In this document: one piece after another, positions 25,101 to 36,517 of the stretch
How positions within the stretch are numbered: position 1 is the first letter of the stretch
Layout: each line of letters starts with the position of its first letter
Source: Anthoceros angustus
Taxonomy: Eukaryota > Plantae > Anthocerotophyta
Reading direction: 5' to 3'
Length of the DNA: 64,000 nt
Assembly (NCBI GenBank): GCA_010909165.1
Contig: VJWM01000287.1
Coordinates: forward strand, 63,175-127,174
Translations under genes and position numbers: made by a program
The notes under the pieces: model-generated
What the model saw: the letters and a program-made list of their open reading frames with translations, nothing else
Told to the model about the DNA's origin: nothing
Database searches by the model: none

Positions 25101-27372
25101 GTCCTGGCTGTCCATGTGGGACACCTTGAAAGCTTCGCCATGGCTTCCCCTGCATTTCTTTGGGCTTCACAAAACCCATCATCAACTTTGTGTCGCCGGT
25201 TGCTTTCCTCTTGCCTTTGCTCTTTTTTGTTTTGTCCTGCCGCGACATGCTTACCGCTGTAGCTCACCCGCCACTTGGAAAAAATTTTATCCACATTTTT
25301 CCCATACCTTGCCCTCTAGTTTTGAAATGCAGTATATGGGTTCCGTTGTCCACCTTGTTCCTTGTCTTGCTCATCTTCTCGGCCTTCTGCCTTCAATCAA
25401 ACCTAGCACCTTGTATAGATTGAATTTCCAGTTCATGGTCATGATGACGTGATCTCGCTTAGCTATCGCAACTCATCCCTCGATACGAACCGCTCAATAA
25501 AATTCATCTTTTTCCGCTTGTCCGCCATCCGTTGTGATCGGTGGCGAATCCTCATCTCGGATGCTTAGGCCACAATACACATGGGCTTCGATCCACTGAA
25601 AACGCGCCTTCCCTGGTGAGATACCAGCCAGATGCTGCATGGTTGCATATGTATGATTCCCTCCCAGTACGCCCATCACATACTTCTTCGCTCTAAACCT
25701 TTTCCAATCAAGTTGTCCAATATCTGCGCACTCTGTTGGGTCAATCATACATAATAGGGGAAGCACTCCTTCTTCAATCCTTCCCTTTGCAATGACACGG
25801 GCAAGATAGTTTGCCCAGGCCTCATCAACTTTCGGATCCGGGCATCGTGGGTCGAATGATGCAGGCCTCAAATTTTCAAGTTTCACCAACGCCGGGGCAC
25901 CACCTTTTTCGCGTACGTACATTTGTGAGGTAGTCTTCGTCCATATGCGACGCCCAACCGCCGCCGTCGTAGCCACGTGAAGAGTTTGGATGTCATTGTC
26001 GAAAGTCCGACAGTGCTTCCTTTCACAAGCCTGTATCACCCGCTTCCACCCTTGGTGCTTTGGTCTTCCTCTCGCCTTTGTGGTTGCCCTCCGCTTTTGG
26101 GGTTGGGCGAATCATTCTCGCCAAGTCCGCCAGAGGGCCGATGCCGGCCCATCATCTTCATTCAACGACATCGTGGAGGCGCCGCCGCGCCTCTCTCGCC
26201 GGAACATGGGACGGCGCTGCATGTCGGCGCCCTCTCTCGCCTGGGCGCGCATGCCGCGCCCGCTCACTGCCCCGAGGATGCCGGCGCCCGCCGCCCGCTG
26301 CATGCCGGCGCCCGCTCGCCAGGCGCATGCCGGCGCCTCGCCTCGGGTGCCGGCATGCCGGCGCCCTTCTCCGAGGCCTCGCCTCGGGTGCTGCATGCCG
26401 CGCCCTCCGCCCGCCCGCTGGGGCGCTGCATGCCCCGCCTTGGCTCGCCTCGCTCTCGATGGCATGCCGCCCCACCGCCTGACAACCCTTCCCTTAGGCA
26501 TTCCACCCCTCACGCCCATCTCGCATGGACCCATGCTAGTGGCGCCCGCTGCATGCCGTGCCCACCCCTCTTCACCTTCTTCATGGTTGAAGGCGCGATC
26601 CCATTTCCTCCTCGGGGGAATAAGGCCTAAGCAGCCCAACCTCCGCAATGCCTTCACCATCTTCCTGCTCAGATGCCCCAAAATCTGAATGGCCCAAAAT
26701 ATCTGGGACCGGCCCATCTTCTTCATCTGATGGCCCAAACGCATTATCGTCTTCATCCTCCACAAATGCCACCTCTCCTTGTGCAAAAGCTTCAAGCCCT
26801 TGCCGAGTGTTCCTGTAAGACATTTCTCGCCTATGGATCTTGATAGATTGCGTTATCGCATCGCACAAGACCCTGTATACAGACCTTCCAACGTCTAGCT
26901 CTTTAGCCTGAGTGAAAAACCATTCTTTCTCTAACAGAACTGTTTCTTCAACCTGATGAGTGTGGCGCCGGATCATCACAGACTCCTCATATGAATAAGG
27001 CGAGGGGATTGGGTTCCCAGCAGCCACTGCCTTCGACCTAGGGGGTTTAGGAACACCCGCTTTCTCCCCGCCAGCAACAAGGGCCTTGCTGGAGCTCGCC
27101 TTTGCAGACCCAATCGACGCTGTTTTCCCTGGATCCTGCGCGCCACCTGGTAGAACAAGGTTTGGTGGGGAGGGATTGCCTCCCGCAGACGCCGGGGTCG
27201 ATGCATCTTGTCGCGCACCCTCACCTGCTGTCAGTTGTTGAATCTTCTTGGGTTTTGCTTTTCTTTGCTTCTTCGGCTTCCCCACATGATCTGGAGCCAC
27301 AAGGGGCCCTTTGGGCAAGTCTTTCTTGCTGCGGCGTCCGCTGGCCATGTTGCTGGTGATAAGAGCAGCCAT
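22146..27372 (-). pseudogene. ParB/Srx-like domain + beta-class N4/N6 DNA methyltransferase fusion (frameshifted in this sequence; 3' 1.4 kb tandemly duplicated)
   Basis: The gene starts with a basic/acidic disordered N-terminus from 27372. The ParB-like core is LPLLCMIDP...VLGGNHT...WIEAHVYCGLS..EMRI..DHN (25494-26039). The MTase motif IV position reads MIMDVPRGFNKGKHD (~24510-24530), followed by VFVWDKTN. Then come YQRPLSLMMKLIKSFS.EG(DWILDV)FVGSGSTT...RK.IAIEVDKRCAEFI (~24000-24120 and ~22590-22730), which is the canonical beta-class QKP..L...LI...S..GD.VLDPF.GSG.T...GR..IG.E.D. Confidence 0.75.
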
Positions 27373-27769
27373 AACACAAGATACATAAGAGCAAGAGCAA
27401 GAGCAACCAATAAGAACCACAACAGAAGATAGAACACCAACCTCGGCGTACAAGATTTCCCCAATTCGGGATGGTGGTAGCCGCTTCAGACGCCGCCGCT
27501 GTCCCTCCTTGCCTCGCGACGGACACCTGATTGCAGCACCGGAACTCCTCGCGCCCAAAATCCTCAAGCTTGAAGACGGAGGAAACCCGCGTTCTGGAAC
27601 GCCTGAATTACGCTCACACCGTAATAGATGAGGGGTGCGGACATGTTCCAGTCGCGGCTTACCCTAAATAGGTGCAGGCATTATGGCATATCCAAGGGAA
27701 ATAATCCAATTTAAAGGCCCCAATATAACACACACCGAGGACCGAGGAAACTACACCCTTTATGAACAT

Positions 27770-29790
27770 TGTGATGTGTGCCTTTCCGTATGTCCTTAAA
27801 GTTTGTGTGCTCAATCATGTATGCCGTTTAAGCCTTGCCGCCATCGTCCGCCAATGTCGATGACCTTGTGGTTTTAAGTGATACAATGGGTGTGGCTATA
27901 GCCTTGGTCCTAGTCTCGAAAACAAGCTCTTGTGTCGCGGTTCTTGTGCTCTTCCAAGCACGCTTCGGGAAAGATGTTGCATGCCACCCACAGCAACGAT
28001 GAATCGGAGGTCACTAGACTATGTGCATTTGACGAAATCTTTCCGCTCGGCTATGCCATCACATTGACTCCATCTGCGCAGTAGTCGCGAAGATGGAGAT
28101 GGCAACGAGGATTTCGAGGCTTCACATCCTCGATCTTTGGACAAAACAAGGTGCAAGCGGAGAAGGAAGTCTGACGATCGATCATCGAAGACCATTGTCG
28201 ACGCCCGCCTCCCACACCCTCCGAGTAAGCTATTTCGCTTGTATCCGAAGGACTGCTCGATTTAATCGAGCTAGCAATATGTTTAACCATTGTGCATGAT
28301 CGTCTTGTTTATGTGATCGGCTTTACGGGACGCTTATCCTGCCAATGGTTAGGATTAAACACTGTATGCACTCCGTTACGGTGTATCATGTGTCCGTGGT
28401 GGAGAAGAACTCATCGACAATCGTACCGCAGATGTGTGCCTTACCGTATGTCCTTAAAGTTTGTGTGCTCAATCATGTATGCTGTTTAAGCCTTGCCGCC
28501 ATCGTTCCCGCCGCCAATGTCGATGACCTTGTGGTTTTAAGTGATACAATGGGTGTGGCTATAGCCTTGGTCCTAGTCTCGAAAACAAGCTCTTGTGTCG
28601 CGGTTCTTGTGCTCTTCCAAGCACGCCGGGAAAGATGTTGCATGCCACCCATGAACGATGAATCGGAGGTCACTAGACTATGTGCATTTGACGCAAATCT
28701 TTCGGCGCTATGCCATCGTCATTGACTCCATTCTGCGTGCATAGTCGCGAAGATGGAGATGGCAACGAGGATTTCGAGGCTTGACATCCTCGATCTTTGG
28801 ACAAAACAAGGTGCAAGCGGAGAAGGAAGTCTGACGATCGATCATCGAAGACCATTGTCGACGCCCGCCTCCCATGCCTCCGAGTAAGCTATTTCGCTTG
28901 TATCCGAAGGACTGCTCGATTTAATCGAGCTAGCAATATGTTTAACCATTGTGCATGATCGTCTTGTTTATGTGATCGGCTTTACGGGACGCTTATCCTG
29001 CCAATGGTTAGGATTAAACACTGTATGCACTCCGTTACGGTGTATCATGTGTCCGTGGTGGAGAAGAACTCATCGACAATCGTACCGCAGATGTGTGCCT
29101 TACCGTATGTCCTTAAAGTTTGTGTGCTCAATCATGTATGCCGTTTAAGCCTTGCCGCCATCGTTACCGCCGCCAATGTCAGATGACCTTGTGGTTTTAA
29201 GTGATACAGCGGGGTGTGGCTATAGCCTTGGTCCTAGTCTCAGAAAACAAGCTCTTGTGTCGCGGTTCTTGTGCTCTTCCAAGCACGCTTCGGGAAAGAT
29301 GTTGCATGCCACCCACAGCAACGATGAATCGGAGGTCACTGGACTATGTGCATTTGACGCAAATCTTTCAGTCGCTTTACTGGCTATGCCATCGTCATTG
29401 ACTCCATTCGTGCAGTGTAGTCGCGAAGACAGAGATGGCAACGAGGATTTCGAGGCTTCCGACATCCTCAGATCTTTGGACAAAACAAGCAGGCAAACGG
29501 GAGAAGGAAGGCTTGCGACGACTGATCATCGAAGACCATTGTCAGCACGCCCGCCCCTCCCACAGCCTCTGAGTAAGCTATTTCTGTTTCAGTATCCGGA
29601 GGGACTGTTCGATTTACACTGAGCTAGCAATATGTTTAACCATTGTGCATGATCAGGTCTTGTTTATGTGATCGGCTTTACCTGGGACGTTTATCCTTAC
29701 AGTCAATGGGTTAGGATTAAACACTCGTATGCACTGCCTGTATCACGGTGTCCGTGGTGGAGAAGAACTCATCAGCACAATCGTGTACCG
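27770..29790. repeat. Three tandem copies of a ~660-bp unit upstream of the transposase
   Basis: GATGTGTGCCTT(T/A)CCGTATGTCCTTAAAGTTTGTGTGCTCAATCATG occurs at ~27770, ~28430 and ~29090. Confidence 0.9.
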
Positions 29791-29799
29791 CAGTATGTG

Positions 29800-32700
29800 C
29801 CACCAACTCCGAGGAACGTCAACCTATACTCTGCATTACAGAGAAGTCCTCGGGTTCGACCAGAAGTTTGTGCTACTGAAACGGTATCAAGGAAGCGGGC
29901 GGCTCGAGGCTTGTTCCATGTCAATGACTTGGGAGAGCATCAGGCACATAGTGTTGCAGCTGCAGTGATGAGTTCTCTGCCCGCGAGAGGGAATGCAACT
30001 GCCAGTGCATCCGGCAATGCACAAAACGTTCAGCATGGAGAATTCCAAACTCCTATCCAACCGCATGCCAAAGCAACCAGAGTAGTTGATGATGATGCTG
30101 AAGTCTTTCAAAATGTCCGACCAACAACATATCACCCGAAGCCGTTGTCTGAGACGATGCAGGTAGCCCCTATCGGATCTAGTTTTGAAGCGGCAGCAGT
30201 GTGTGTGCCTGGGAAGGCGAATGTGCATCTCAGATCGGAAGATTCAAAACCATGTTGCACCAAACTATGCCTCCCATCCTCTCAAAAGAAGCATTTCAAG
30301 AGGAGCGTCTACGGTTCCTGGATTTGGGAAGAGGAGAGCAGGAGAGATACCTAGAGGCACTTGTCCGGCCGGACTTGGAGTCAAGGTCATCGGAAAAGGT
30401 TCACACTTATCTCATGCACCGCGCTCCAGTGAGGTGTTGGTTGAAAGCATTCAGACGCATGTATTGCATAGGTTCTGTAAGGTATGAAGAATTGAAGACC
30501 AGAGTCCTCCGCAATGCGCCGTGGGATGGGTACAAGTCAAACTCCTGCCAAAAATCATCGCACGCCTTGGTGCACTTGCGTGGATGGACTCGACATTCCT
30601 GGAACTGGCAGAGCGGCTTCCCAATGTTGATGTATACAACTTGCCTGATACTTTCACCAAGCTTGAAGTATGGACACTATACAAACTGTTTGCGTTTCAT
30701 ATCATACGCTTACTTCCTAAGACTATGGGAACAGAGCTTTCCGAGGGTGAAAATCCCCAAATCAAATAGGTTCTCCACTTGTTCATTGTGCGCTGGATTG
30801 AAGTTTAACATTTGGAACACGGACGTGCGAATTGAGCAAGGTAAGCCTTCTCCACAATCATTCGTGTTCGTTTTGGGTTTCTTCCAACAGTAGGTGGTGC
30901 GGGCATGTCGGCGCCCAACTGTCTGGGCCGCGGGCTGCCGTCACGCCGGTGTCCACAAAGATATTGTGGGGCGCCGGCACGGCGGCGTCCGGAATAATAT
31001 TGTGGGGCGAGTACGCGCGTCCACAAAGATATTGGAGCGCCGCCGGGCGACGGTAGCCCGCGCGGCGCCGACCCCTCGATACCTTTGTGGACGCCGTTCG
31101 CGCCCCGCTGGCGAGGAAGCGCCCCGGGCGGGCCGCCGCCACCGGAGCACGGAACATGTGGGGCTCCGGCATGCCGACGCTGTTGAGGGGCGCCATGCCG
31201 CGCCGAGTAAGGTTGGCACGGCAGCCGGGACCGCACATGTGGGGCTCGGCATGCCGCGCCGTTGTCGATAAGCGCCGCCATCGGCCAGGTTGGCGCGGTG
31301 GCGGCCGAGGCGGCCGGCATCACCCGGCGCCGAATGGCGCTGTCGCGCCACCGCGACCTGTGTGGGCGACCGGCTGCGTGCACGGTGGGCGCGGCGCCAC
31401 CCGTGATTGGGCGGCGGACGCACCACCGTCGACCCCCGGCAGAAGGCGTCGGCAGCCGCCCCGCGGTAGTGGGCGTCGGGCACCTCCGGCAAGCGGGCGC
31501 CATCTCCGGCGCCCGCTAGATGGGCGCCGCGCGGCGCCACCGTATGGGTATGGGTTGGGGCCCTCATCCTGACGCCCGCCCTAGTTGGGCGAGGGCGTGT
31601 CCACACTTAACCTGTGTGGAACGTCAGGTTGTCGACGCCTTCAGTGATGCCGAAATGCCGGCAGCCAGCTCAGTTTACCGAATTAATCCTGTACTTGCAG
31701 TGAACGGTGTTTCCGTGTGATGTTGCAGATGTTTATCAAGCCGCATTAGACTCCCACCGAATTCGACTTATGGAGGAAAGGAAGAAATTGTCAAAGCATC
31801 GGTCGAAATGCTATATCGAGCCGCATAAATATATCTTATTATCAGTGGATGGAATGGACCAGAAGAAAACCTCTCTCCCCCATATTTTAAGGTGGCCAAA
31901 AGACTGAAGGACAGTTCATGTTGTGGGTTGTATGGTCCACAATTATACTCACAGAGCAAGAGCGTATCTCCACTATGCAAATCTCCGCAATGATGCGAAT
32001 TTGACTATTGCGATCATACAAGATGTCATACACACCTACGAGGGGCTTCTCCCTTCAGTATTATATTTGCAACTAGACAACACATGCAGGGAAAATAAGA
32101 ACCAGCTGCTATTTGCGTATCTCAACATGCTAGTGGAACTACAAGTATTTAAGAAGGTGAAGGTGGGGTTTCTGCTAGTGGGACATACGCATGACCAAGT
32201 TGATCAGATGTTCTCTTGTTTTTCAAAGCATCTCAAGCACAAAGAGGCCCGAACCCTCCGATACCTTTGTGGACGCCGGCGCCCGCGCCCGCCATGAGGG
32301 AAGCGGCGCCCCACTGGCGGGCCGCCGGCCACCGGAGCACGGAACATGGGGCTCCGGCATGCCGCGCCGTTGTCGATAAAGGCGCGCCATGCCGCGCCAC
32401 CGGAGCACGGAACATGGGGCTCCGGCATGCCGCGCCACCGCGAATTGTGTGGGCGATGCAAGTCGGTGTTGCACGGTGGAAGCGGCGCCACCCGTGATTG
32501 GGCGGCGGACGCACCACCGCCGACCCCCTGCAGAAGGCGTCGGCAGCCGCCCCGCGGTAGTGGGCGCAGCACCTCCGGCAGCAGCCAAGGCGCCGCCTCC
32601 CGGCGCCCGCTAGATGGGTGCAGGCATCTGGCCCCACCTGTATGGGGTATGGGTTGGGGCCCTCATCCACGCCCTAGTTGGGCGGCGTGTCCACACTTAA

Positions 32701-34400
32701 CCCGTGGAACGCCAGTTGTCGACGCCTTGATGATGAAAATGCGGCAGCCTTTCGCCATCGAATTAATCCTCACTTGAGGAACGTGTTTAGTGTGATGTTG
32801 CGATGTTTACGTCGCATTAGACTCCCACGAATTCGACTTATGGAGGAAGGAAGAAATTGTCAAGGAAATGCTATATCGAGCCGCATAAATATATCTTATT
32901 ATCGGATGGAATGGACCAAGAAAACCTCTCTCCCCATATTTTAAGGTGGCCAAAAGACGAAGGGCTCATGTTGTGGGTTGTATGGTCCACAATTATACTC
33001 ACAGAGCAAGGCGTATCTCCACTATGCAAATCTCCGCAATGATGCGAATTTGACTATTGCGATCATACAAGATGTCATACACACTACGAGGGCTTCCCCT
33101 TGATTATATTTGCAACTAGACAACACATGCAGGGAAAATAAGAACCAGCTGCTATTTGCGTATCTCAACATGCTAGTGGAACTACAAGTATTTAAGAAGG
33201 TGAAGGTGGGGTTTACGCTAGGGACATACGCATGACCAAGTTGATCGATGTTCTCTTGTTTTTCAAAGCATCTCAAGCACAAAGAGGCCCGAACCCTCCC
33301 GAGTATGATAGATATATTGAGAGCAGCATTCACACCAAACCCGAGGTAAAGGTACTCAACGAGTGCGGACTTTCGAACTTATGTGTGGCCTGTGAGGAAA
33401 GGTGCAAGAGGGCACCAGTACAAGGCTGCCGTAAAGCAGCTGAACAACCTCTCATTCCAGCACCAGTTCAAAATTACAAGAGAAGACTGATTTGGACGGG
33501 GGAAGGTGACGGTCATACGGAGTAAACAATATTCCACTTCTCCGCAATGGGAAAGCGAAGATGGCTTGGAGTTTTTGACTTCAATTCCTGACACGGTCAT
33601 TGGCCCTGCACCATTAATGGCTCTGCAAGCCAAAGACAGGAAGGGGAGTGAAGGTGGGCACACTGCGTTGGAGGGCGTTGACCACTTACGCAAAGGCTTA
33701 CTAAAGCTACCGACATATGTGAATGCAGAGGAAGGGGAGTGGTGGACTGACTTCTGGAAGGACCAAAGTGAGATCGCAACTATTGTTGACAACAACATTG
33801 GACTTGTCTTGCAGAACGAGTGGAAGTGGTACGACAGGACAGCTGCCGAATTACTAGTCCCCGGCACGTACGGAAGAAGCAAGCGATTACATTCTGACAA
33901 GTACCTCGAGAGACATGTATTTGGGAGGTCACCAGAGTATACAACGACGTCAAGAGGAGGTTGAAAGGATGAATGGGGATATCATGGAGATCGAAGGGCA
34001 TGTTTCTCGGCTCCTTGAGGGGACACTCACAACCGCCATTCGGATTGCAAAGGTTATTAGTGTCCACCTAAATCTTGACCCTTATTTACGTGTGCATTGG
34101 TGGAGCGAGCACACGGATGCTTACGAGGGAAGTATGTGGGAGAATATGTTTGCAGATGACAACAATGCACAACCATCAAAAAGTAAAGTCGGTAAAGTCT
34201 CAAGACCTCTTAATATCCAAACGGTCTTTGTGCGGAAAACCGTTATAAATCTATTATGGCTTCAAGTTGAACTCGAGAAACATCTGTATGCAGCGGATAA
34301 GAAAGCAATCGTGGAGAAGTTGGGTGCCCGCCGTCCCCATCGCAACCACCGCACTCGATGTACAAGATGATAGCGATGATGATGGTGGCGTGGCGTTCCA
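29800..34400 (+). pseudogene. DUF7869-type (Sola-like) DDE/D transposase, intron-containing, frameshifted, with catalytic exon duplicated
   Basis: Motifs in order: KPCCTKLCL (~30250); YNLPDTFTKLEV; YFLRLWEQSFPRVKIPKSNRFSTCSLC, then donor AG|GTAAG at 30840; SVDGMDQKK (~31845); LYLQLDNTCRENKN (~32060-32103); VGHTHDQVDQMFS (~32178-32215). The C-terminal region runs to ~34400. The catalytic exon is repeated at ~32790-33298. Confidence 0.8.
30891..31640. repeat. GC-rich palindrome-rich intronic repeat (partial copy at 32262-32720)
   Basis: Dense GGCATGCCG and CACCGGAGCACGGAACATG(T)GGGGCTCCGGCATGCCG motifs inside the transposase intron. The long ORFs here are R/A/G/P-rich shadows. Confidence 0.65.
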
Positions 34401-36110
34401 TGTGAGCAATGAAGGTTTAGAGTCAGGAGGAGTAATCGTGAGGTGCCATTGGTGTGGTGGTGTCGACGGATCATAGGTGTTCAAATCTCCATAGGATGGG
34501 GCCACCACCGGCGCCCTATGTATGAGCAGTCTTGAAATTCGCAATGTTCTATTTTTATTGAACCCGTTTGGAAGTACATCTCAAATACCACATTATAGAG
34601 TTTCCATAGATGGTTTCCAGTAATTTAGGGTGTTAGATAGCAAGCATGCTTTGGTGGGACATTCTTAGTGGGTGTTTTATTTGCTCATGCTCGTGCACTA
34701 GGCTTAGGCGCCGGCATGTCGGCCCCATCGTAGCCCCGCATGCCATTCCAATCAAGGTTTATAATTACACATGATCTAAAGAACCCTAGCCGGGATTTCC
34801 GCTTGCGACAAAGGACGAGGTTCGCGATGGAAGGATGGATGCGTCTATCCGTTTATTTTGAAATTTAGAGTATTTGATCTTCATTCACCGCAAGCATGGA
34901 GTGCGATATGGGTATTGTTTATAGGGAAAGCGGTGGGCCGTAAGTCTATGACCATACCTGAAACCTATGTACACAAAGCTATGGTCTTACACCCGAGATG
35001 CAGACCCTAATTTTGCACCCTTTTTCATGACCGATTGGTCCAACCGCCATTTGAGACACCATAAATAAGCCGCTTCCCAGTATATGTACCCTCAAAGCCG
35101 CTTCCTGTATATTGAGCCCCTTCAAATATTATGGTGTTTACAACACAAAAAACCAAACAGGACATGATTAGCCCAATCTGTGCTGCATCACGTTACCATC
35201 ACCATGTCCATCAATCAATGTGAATCGGCGTGCATAAGCCGCTTGTTTCCTTCTCGCAATGACAACCTTCTGTGCCCTCATGAGCCCATCGGGCAGAGAG
35301 TGACGGGATCCATACAAGTTGGCAAGCTGCAAAAAAAAAAGTCCAATCAACCCGATCAGCACGAGTCCACTTCCACCACATCTGTGAGGATGGTCACTCC
35401 CCAACAAAAAGACAAAACCCCGTACCTTGCTCTACGTCACGGAGTGCCACTCTGGCTCCTCCCAATTCACCACAAGAGGGGCGACCGTATGTTCAACGCA
35501 TGTTCAATACCCGCGCCGAAGGTGGTGAACGTCACTGCCGCATTGTCACACACTGTCACTGCGGGCCACTACCGTGCGGAAAGATGGGAAGCACGAGGGC
35601 TGCGAGGGGTCGAACTCGACATGTGGCGAGGCAAAGGAAGCCCGCCATCTCCACCTCGGCGGATCCAGATTCAGCCTGACCAAAGTCCGCAAGGGACATG
35701 TCCCTCCCGTGGAGTCAGGTCAACCCTAAGCCGCCGTCTTCCAACACCTCCACCGCCTCCCACACCGCGCCATCCCACCTCCTCCCACACCTTCATCCTC
35801 CCACCTCCTCCCACCTAAACCCTCCTACCTCCTCCCACATCACCGCCCTCCCACATCGCCGCAAAGCATGCCTCCCACACCGCCGCAAAACCATGCCTCC
35901 CACCATCACTACCAACCCCCGCCATTCTCCAACACCACCATCAACTTCCCCATTCTCACACGTGCATTCCCCCATCTACGTAAAGTCGCGGCCTCGTCTG
36001 GGGCCGAGACGCGCCCAGTTGGTTTTTTTTCGGGGCCAAAAGGGTAAAACGAAGAGAGAGAATTTTTCGATTGGTAAAATTTTTTTACTGAATAAGGTGG
36101 AAATTGTGAC

Positions 36111-36300
36111 AATAGAGTAGAAAGCATAGATTGATGGATGGAAACATTTTACCATCCAAGTCAAAACTAGAACAGGAGGGTAAAGAATGATCAACCAAGT
36201 GAATATAGAGTAAAAAACGTAGACTGATGAATGGAAATATTTTACCATCCAAATCAAAACTAGAACAAGAGGGTAAAGAATGATCAGCCAAGTGAATAGC
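36111..36300. repeat. ~93-bp tandem duplication near the element terminus
   Basis: GATG(G/A)ATGGAAA(C/T)ATTTTACCATCCAA(G/A)TCAAAACTAGAACA(G/A)GAGGGTAAAGAATGATCA(A/G)CCAAGTGAATA occurs at ~36133 and ~36226. Confidence 0.85.
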
Positions 36301-36517
36301 AAGTGAAGCCTGAAATACCATGGTAGATTGTAATCTACAGGGTGGCCTAGTAATTCCAACACAATCGCTAATGGCAAGAAACATCTTCATATACCATTCA
36401 TGCGATCCGTGATATACAAAACCAACAAAGAAATATCATCTTTGCAAAGTTTCCTGATATCCGTAATTGCATGAATTCAAAATATAAAATAGAGAAAATA
36501 CGAATAGTTGCTCACTC

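Larger units (their letters stand above)
21811..35138. mobile_element. 13.3-kb TIR DNA transposon (DUF7869-type / Sola-like DDE) carrying a ParB-methyltransferase gene
   Basis: Left end AACATGATAATATTTGAAGGGGCTCAATGTACA versus reverse complement of right end AACACCATAATATTTGAAGGGGCTCAATATACA (30/33 identical). TACA lies immediately outside both ends (21807-21810, 35139-35142). Two AAGCCGCTTC motifs lie inside each end. The transposase and a second gene are internal. Confidence 0.8.

Noticed and set aside
26060-26800. Multiple long ORFs in GC-rich tracts (also 30805-31606, 32204-32777, 62212-63588)
   Set aside because: They are open in most frames because of GC content and have R/A/G/P-only composition with no motifs.
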